A stretch of 64,000 nucleotides of DNA. Origin: Longimicrobiales bacterium (GTDB taxonomy: Bacteria > Gemmatimonadota > Gemmatimonadetes > Longimicrobiales > Gaopeijiaceae). This document shows, in pieces, positions 60,694-64,000 of this stretch. Under the pieces are notes generated by a model. The model was not told the DNA's origin. It made no database searches and worked only from the letters and a program-made list of their open reading frames with translations. The stretch's first letter is position 1; every line of letters begins with the position of its first letter. The translations under genes were made by a program, and so were the position numbers. The stretch spans positions 128,001 through 192,000 of the forward strand of contig CBDCNQ010000002.1 of the NCBI GenBank assembly GCA_965219445.1, given 5' to 3'.

Positions 60694-61875
60694 ATGCGAT
60701 TGGTCAGCGACCGGGTAGCCTATCTGGATAACCAGGCGACCACGCCGGTAGACCCCCGAGTCCGCCACGCGATGTTCCCTTTCTTCGATAGTTGTTTTGG
60801 GAATCCGCATTCGAGGGACCATGTGTACGGATGGAACGCCACAGACGCTGTAACTGTGGCACGAGCTCAGGTAGCACAGTTCATCGGTGCAGACGATCAC
60901 GAGATCCTCTTCACGTCGGGAGCTACCGAGTCATGTAACCTAGCGCTACGTGGCATCGCGAGGGCCTCTGACGGTAAACGGAATAAGCTGATCACCGTGG
61001 CGACGGAACATCCTGCCGTTTTGGAAACAGCACTGGACCTGCGACGTCTCGGGTTCGAGGTGGTTGTCCTACCGGTGTCCTCCGAAGGTCTCCTCGATCC
61101 TTCTGACCTCGAGCGGACACTCGACAACCGAACCCTGCTCGTGTCTATCATGGCGGCAAACAACGAGATTGGTGTCCTCCAGGACCTTACTGACATCGCC
61201 CACTTATGCCATGCCAAAGGTGTGCTGTTTCATACCGACGCAACGCAAGCTGCTGGGCGGATTCGTATCGACGTAGGCACATGGGACGTTGACCTCCTTA
61301 GCCTGTCTGCCCACAAGTTCTACGGTCCAAAGGGCGTAGGAGCTCTATTCGTTCGATCCGGTGTATCGCTTGAACCAATGCTGACAGGTGGTGGCCAAGA
61401 GCGTGGGTTACGACCAGGAACAGTGTCACCAGCCCTCACGGTTGGCTTCGGCGAAGCATGCCGTATAGCTGGAGAGGAATGGAGAGACGATACCCGGCGA
61501 ATGTCTGAACTCACGGTACGCCTTAGGCAGGGCCTGCATGCCTTGTGTCCGAACATCCGTATCTTCGGCCATCTGCAACAACGGCTGCCGGGTTCCCTCA
61601 TGGTGGGTTTTCCGGGAATTCCGGCGAGCGAAGTCATTTCTATCGTGTCGGATCGCATAGCGGTGTCTACTGGTTCCGCGTGTGCTTCCGGTACCGCCGA
61701 GGCCTCGAAAGTCCTTCTCGCATTAGGTGTGGCACCGGATATCGCCATGACGGGTGTGAGAGTGAGCTTGGGACGCTTCACGAAGGAATGCGATATCGAG
61801 ACTGCACTCGCTGCCCTGTCTGACATTGCTCCGATTGCCGCCAGGAACCGACCCTACGATGACAAAGTTTCTTGA
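60694..61875 (+). CDS. Cysteine desulfurase (IscS/DndA-like)
   Basis: YLDNQATTP, FTSGATES, HTDATQ, SAHKFYGPKG (PLP Lys), STGSAC (catalytic Cys). Confidence 0.95.
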   Translation: MRLVSDRVAYLDNQATTPVDPRVRHAMFPFFDSCFGNPHSRDHVYGWNATDAVTVARAQVAQFIGADDHEILFTSGATESCNLALRGIARASDGKRNKLITVATEHPAVLETALDLRRLGFEVVVLPVSSEGLLDPSDLERTLDNRTLLVSIMAANNEIGVLQDLTDIAHLCHAKGVLFHTDATQAAGRIRIDVGTWDVDLLSLSAHKFYGPKGVGALFVRSGVSLEPMLTGGGQERGLRPGTVSPALTVGFGEACRIAGEEWRDDTRRMSELTVRLRQGLHALCPNIRIFGHLQQRLPGSLMVGFPGIPASEVISIVSDRIAVSTGSACASGTAEASKVLLALGVAPDIAMTGVRVSLGRFTKECDIETALAALSDIAPIAARNRPYDDKVS

Positions 61876-62413
61876 CCTTCGATTTGCACCAGGATCTCTG
61901 ACCGGTTTCACTCCGCGCGGTATCGCAGGGTTCGGAGACCTGCGGCCGGCAGCGGTGGTCCGAGAGCTCATTCAGAATTCCCTTGATGCCACCGCCGAAG
62001 CTGGGGAAACATCCGCGATCGTCCGCTTCCGGCTTACTCAAGTGAGAACGGACGATATCCCAGGAATTCGGAGCTACAAGAAAGCTTTTTTTGAAGCAGT
62101 GCAAAGTAATAAACGGAGCAATAATGGCACACTCCCGAGTCAAGCAGCGAGAGTCGTCCAGGTCATCAGGGAGGCACTGGATCGGGACAAGCAAGACGTT
62201 CTCTCTGTACTCGATAACGGTATTGGCTTGAACGAAGCTCGGTTGACTGCTCTGCTGAGTGATGGAATGAGTGTCAAGAGTGACGCGGCTACAGGCACGT
62301 TCGGCAACGGACACTCCGTCGTCATCCCGGCGTCCGACTTCCGCTACGTGCTTTATGGAGGAGTTACCAACTCGTACAAGAAACTTGTGACCTCATCACC
62401 TAAGGCATCGTAA
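61859..62413 (+). pseudogene. GHKL/HATPase-fold ATPase, probably 3'-truncated
   Basis: Overlaps the desulfurase end; RELIQNSLDA (N box), DNGIG (G1), GTFGNG (G2); stops at 184 aa. Confidence 0.7.
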
Positions 62414-63147
62414 TTCTCTTTCGCACGATACAGACGCGTCCAAGTATCAACCAGCTGTTCGGGCACATCATGGATCGTCATGATCAGCGGGGTATCGGAA
62501 GCAACTCGTCCCAAGCCAACACGGTCAACACGACGGGCACTACGACAACCACAGCAACCCCAACCGCCGCTGCCGGCGGGGAGTCGCCTTGTGGACGCTC
62601 ATCGGAACCGCGCATGGTCCTAGGCGCCTCGTCTCGGTGAGTAGGTACTCAGGATCGTGGCACGATACCGAACAGCGTTGCGACTCCACAGAGCTCTGTG
62701 GTCATGGCTACCTGAAAGGTGAACGTGGACCCCCGCTTTTTCAAGCTTCGCGATCAGATAGGTCCAAGAAATCTAGGGCCCCCGATTTCTCTGGACGGTG
62801 GATTTGGCAAGGAGCCGGGGTCCCAAGAAAGAGGGGGTTGCAAATGCTTTCAAAGGCTGGGGAGTCCGAAGTGAACGAAGGTCGCACACGACACCGCCAT
62901 CTATCGGGCTTGCAGGAAGGAGCACCGCCGCCTGCTCGAGCGATCCGGCGAGTGCGCCTCGACGGCGAGCTCAAAAGCACCGTCGCGCGCCGGAGCGAGT
63001 CCGCCCGTGCGCGAGACGGCTGGCGGGCTGCGGAGGCCGGGCGGCACCACGCTGCCCGGCAACTGGAGCTACTCATGGACGCGGAGGGCGGCGTTCTCTT
63101 CCCCGATGCAGCAGATCGAGTACATCGACTCCGACGGGCGGACCGGC

Positions 63148-63330
63148 GGTGACGAGCCAATCGGCGTCGATATCGAGCGATTGTTCTGCTGTCTGTGTGG
63201 TCACCGCAACAACGCCGTCACGGCTGCCGCCCTTTGAAAGGGCCTGCTCTAGCGCATCATCGAGCAGACGGCGATCCTCTGGCGCAAAGGTGCAAAACGT
63301 CCGTGGTGGGGTGCGACCACGCCTCTGCAC
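63148..63330 (-). pseudogene. cas3: Cas3 helicase fragment
   Basis: GVVAPHHGRFAP/EDRRLLDDALE...VAVTTQTAEQSLDIDADWLVT; frameshift at near-duplication TTTGCACC TTTGCGCC. Confidence 0.75.
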
Positions 63331-63539
63331 GGCGGTTCGAGATGCCCGCCAGTCATTCCCGCCATTTGATGGCGTTTTCTCGCCCTTTAAGCACGGCAGC
63401 ATCAGGCATGGTAGGACGGCAAGAACGGCAGATCATGCAGTCCTAGTTGAACTTAGACGATTTCTTGCCGGGGTTCACGCTCACTGGGATGTGCCTGATG
63501 TGCACTCGCCGATCAGCACCGACGCTCGCCGATCCGCGT

Positions 63540-64000
63540 TCAAAATCGGCCTCCAGGGAGCCGTCTCGAGCGCCATGTCGCGAAGCCGTGGATCATCGTT
63601 CCGGGACTCGAGGATCGGTGGAGGTCGTTCAACTCGACGATCCGCTTGAGGCAGGCCTGCAGGTCGCCATACTCTTTGAGCACCCGGTCATCCTTGGCGC
63701 GGATGGCCCGCTCGATTCGGGCGATCTCGCGGCGGGCCGCACTGTCGGGTTCCGGAGCGGCGGAGGGGCCGGATGCTGTAGATGTGTTGGTCCAGTTCTC
63801 GAGGATCGTCTCCGCCCGGCCCCGCTCGTCCGTTGTCCGGACGACGACCACGACTTCGATCCCGCGGCCGCGATCCCAAAGCGCCTCCCAGAGTTCGCGG
63901 TGCGCGGCACCCCAGGAGCGGAGCGCCGTCGGGGTCTCGTGGCCCGGATCGACGTAGACGAAGACGGCGCGCTCGGCGTCCAGCGCGACCGGGAGCCGGA
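63540..64000 (-). CDS. Hypothetical protein (5' end beyond window)
   Basis: Open frame from window edge: RLPVALDAERAVFVYVDPGHETPTALRSWG...WRSRRLPGGRF. Confidence 0.6.
   Translation of the reverse strand, partial: RLPVALDAERAVFVYVDPGHETPTALRSWGAAHRELWEALWDRGRGIEVVVVVRTTDERGRAETILENWTNTSTASGPSAAPEPDSAARREIARIERAIRAKDDRVLKEYGDLQACLKRIVELNDLHRSSSPGTMIHGFATWRSRRLPGGRF

Larger units (their letters stand above)
49081..64000. mobile_element. Decaying integrative/defence island (boundaries approximate; extends past window)
   Basis: Integrase followed by three IS elements, TA pair, defence-gene fragments and pseudogenes. Confidence 0.65.

Noticed and set aside
56243..61875. Canonical dndABCDE, sspABCD or cysH sulfate-assimilation locus
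   Set aside because: No dndB/D/E, sspB/C or cys genes seen, and the PP-loop motif differs from SGGKDS
62413..64000. CRISPR array near the cas3 fragment
   Set aside because: No regularly spaced direct repeats seen

Overview
GC-rich bacterial chromosomal segment. The gene repertoire (Mla operon, WD40/Omp85 protein, KVLKPEL-type Ser/Thr kinase remnant, TonB-plug-like lipoprotein) suggests Gemmatimonadota; this is inference only. 1-49 kb is mostly core or accessory metabolism and envelope genes: mlaEFD, split hldE plus hldD, lpxH, lptE-like, hemC, rph, rdgB, MscS, ClC, an oxalate-type CoA ligase/PanE2 pair, and a Tat-exported FMN alpha-hydroxy-acid dehydrogenase carrying a CxxCH motif. Within this region, tRNA-Sec (selC, 15038-15134) carries a ~6.4 kb integrase-less islet bounded by a perfect 72-bp direct repeat; it encodes five pilin-like proteins and an HD-GYP sensor. 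From ~49.1 kb to the end is a decaying defence-type island. It contains a P4-like integrase, a DUF3883/NOV nuclease pseudogene cut by an IS3, a phosphorothioation-associated methyltransferase fragment, and a cas3 fragment. It also holds a coupled operon vapB-vapC-(NinC/PAPS-reductase-like PP-loop protein)-cysteine desulfurase-GHKL ATPase, the best candidate here for an undescribed sulfur-transfer DNA-modification/defence system. Its PP-loop gene is split by an IS256 (8-bp target duplication), whose terminal repeat is in turn split by an IS1111-type IS110 with a candidate guide (seek/bridge) RNA. All family assignments come from motif recognition by eye; no database searches were run.
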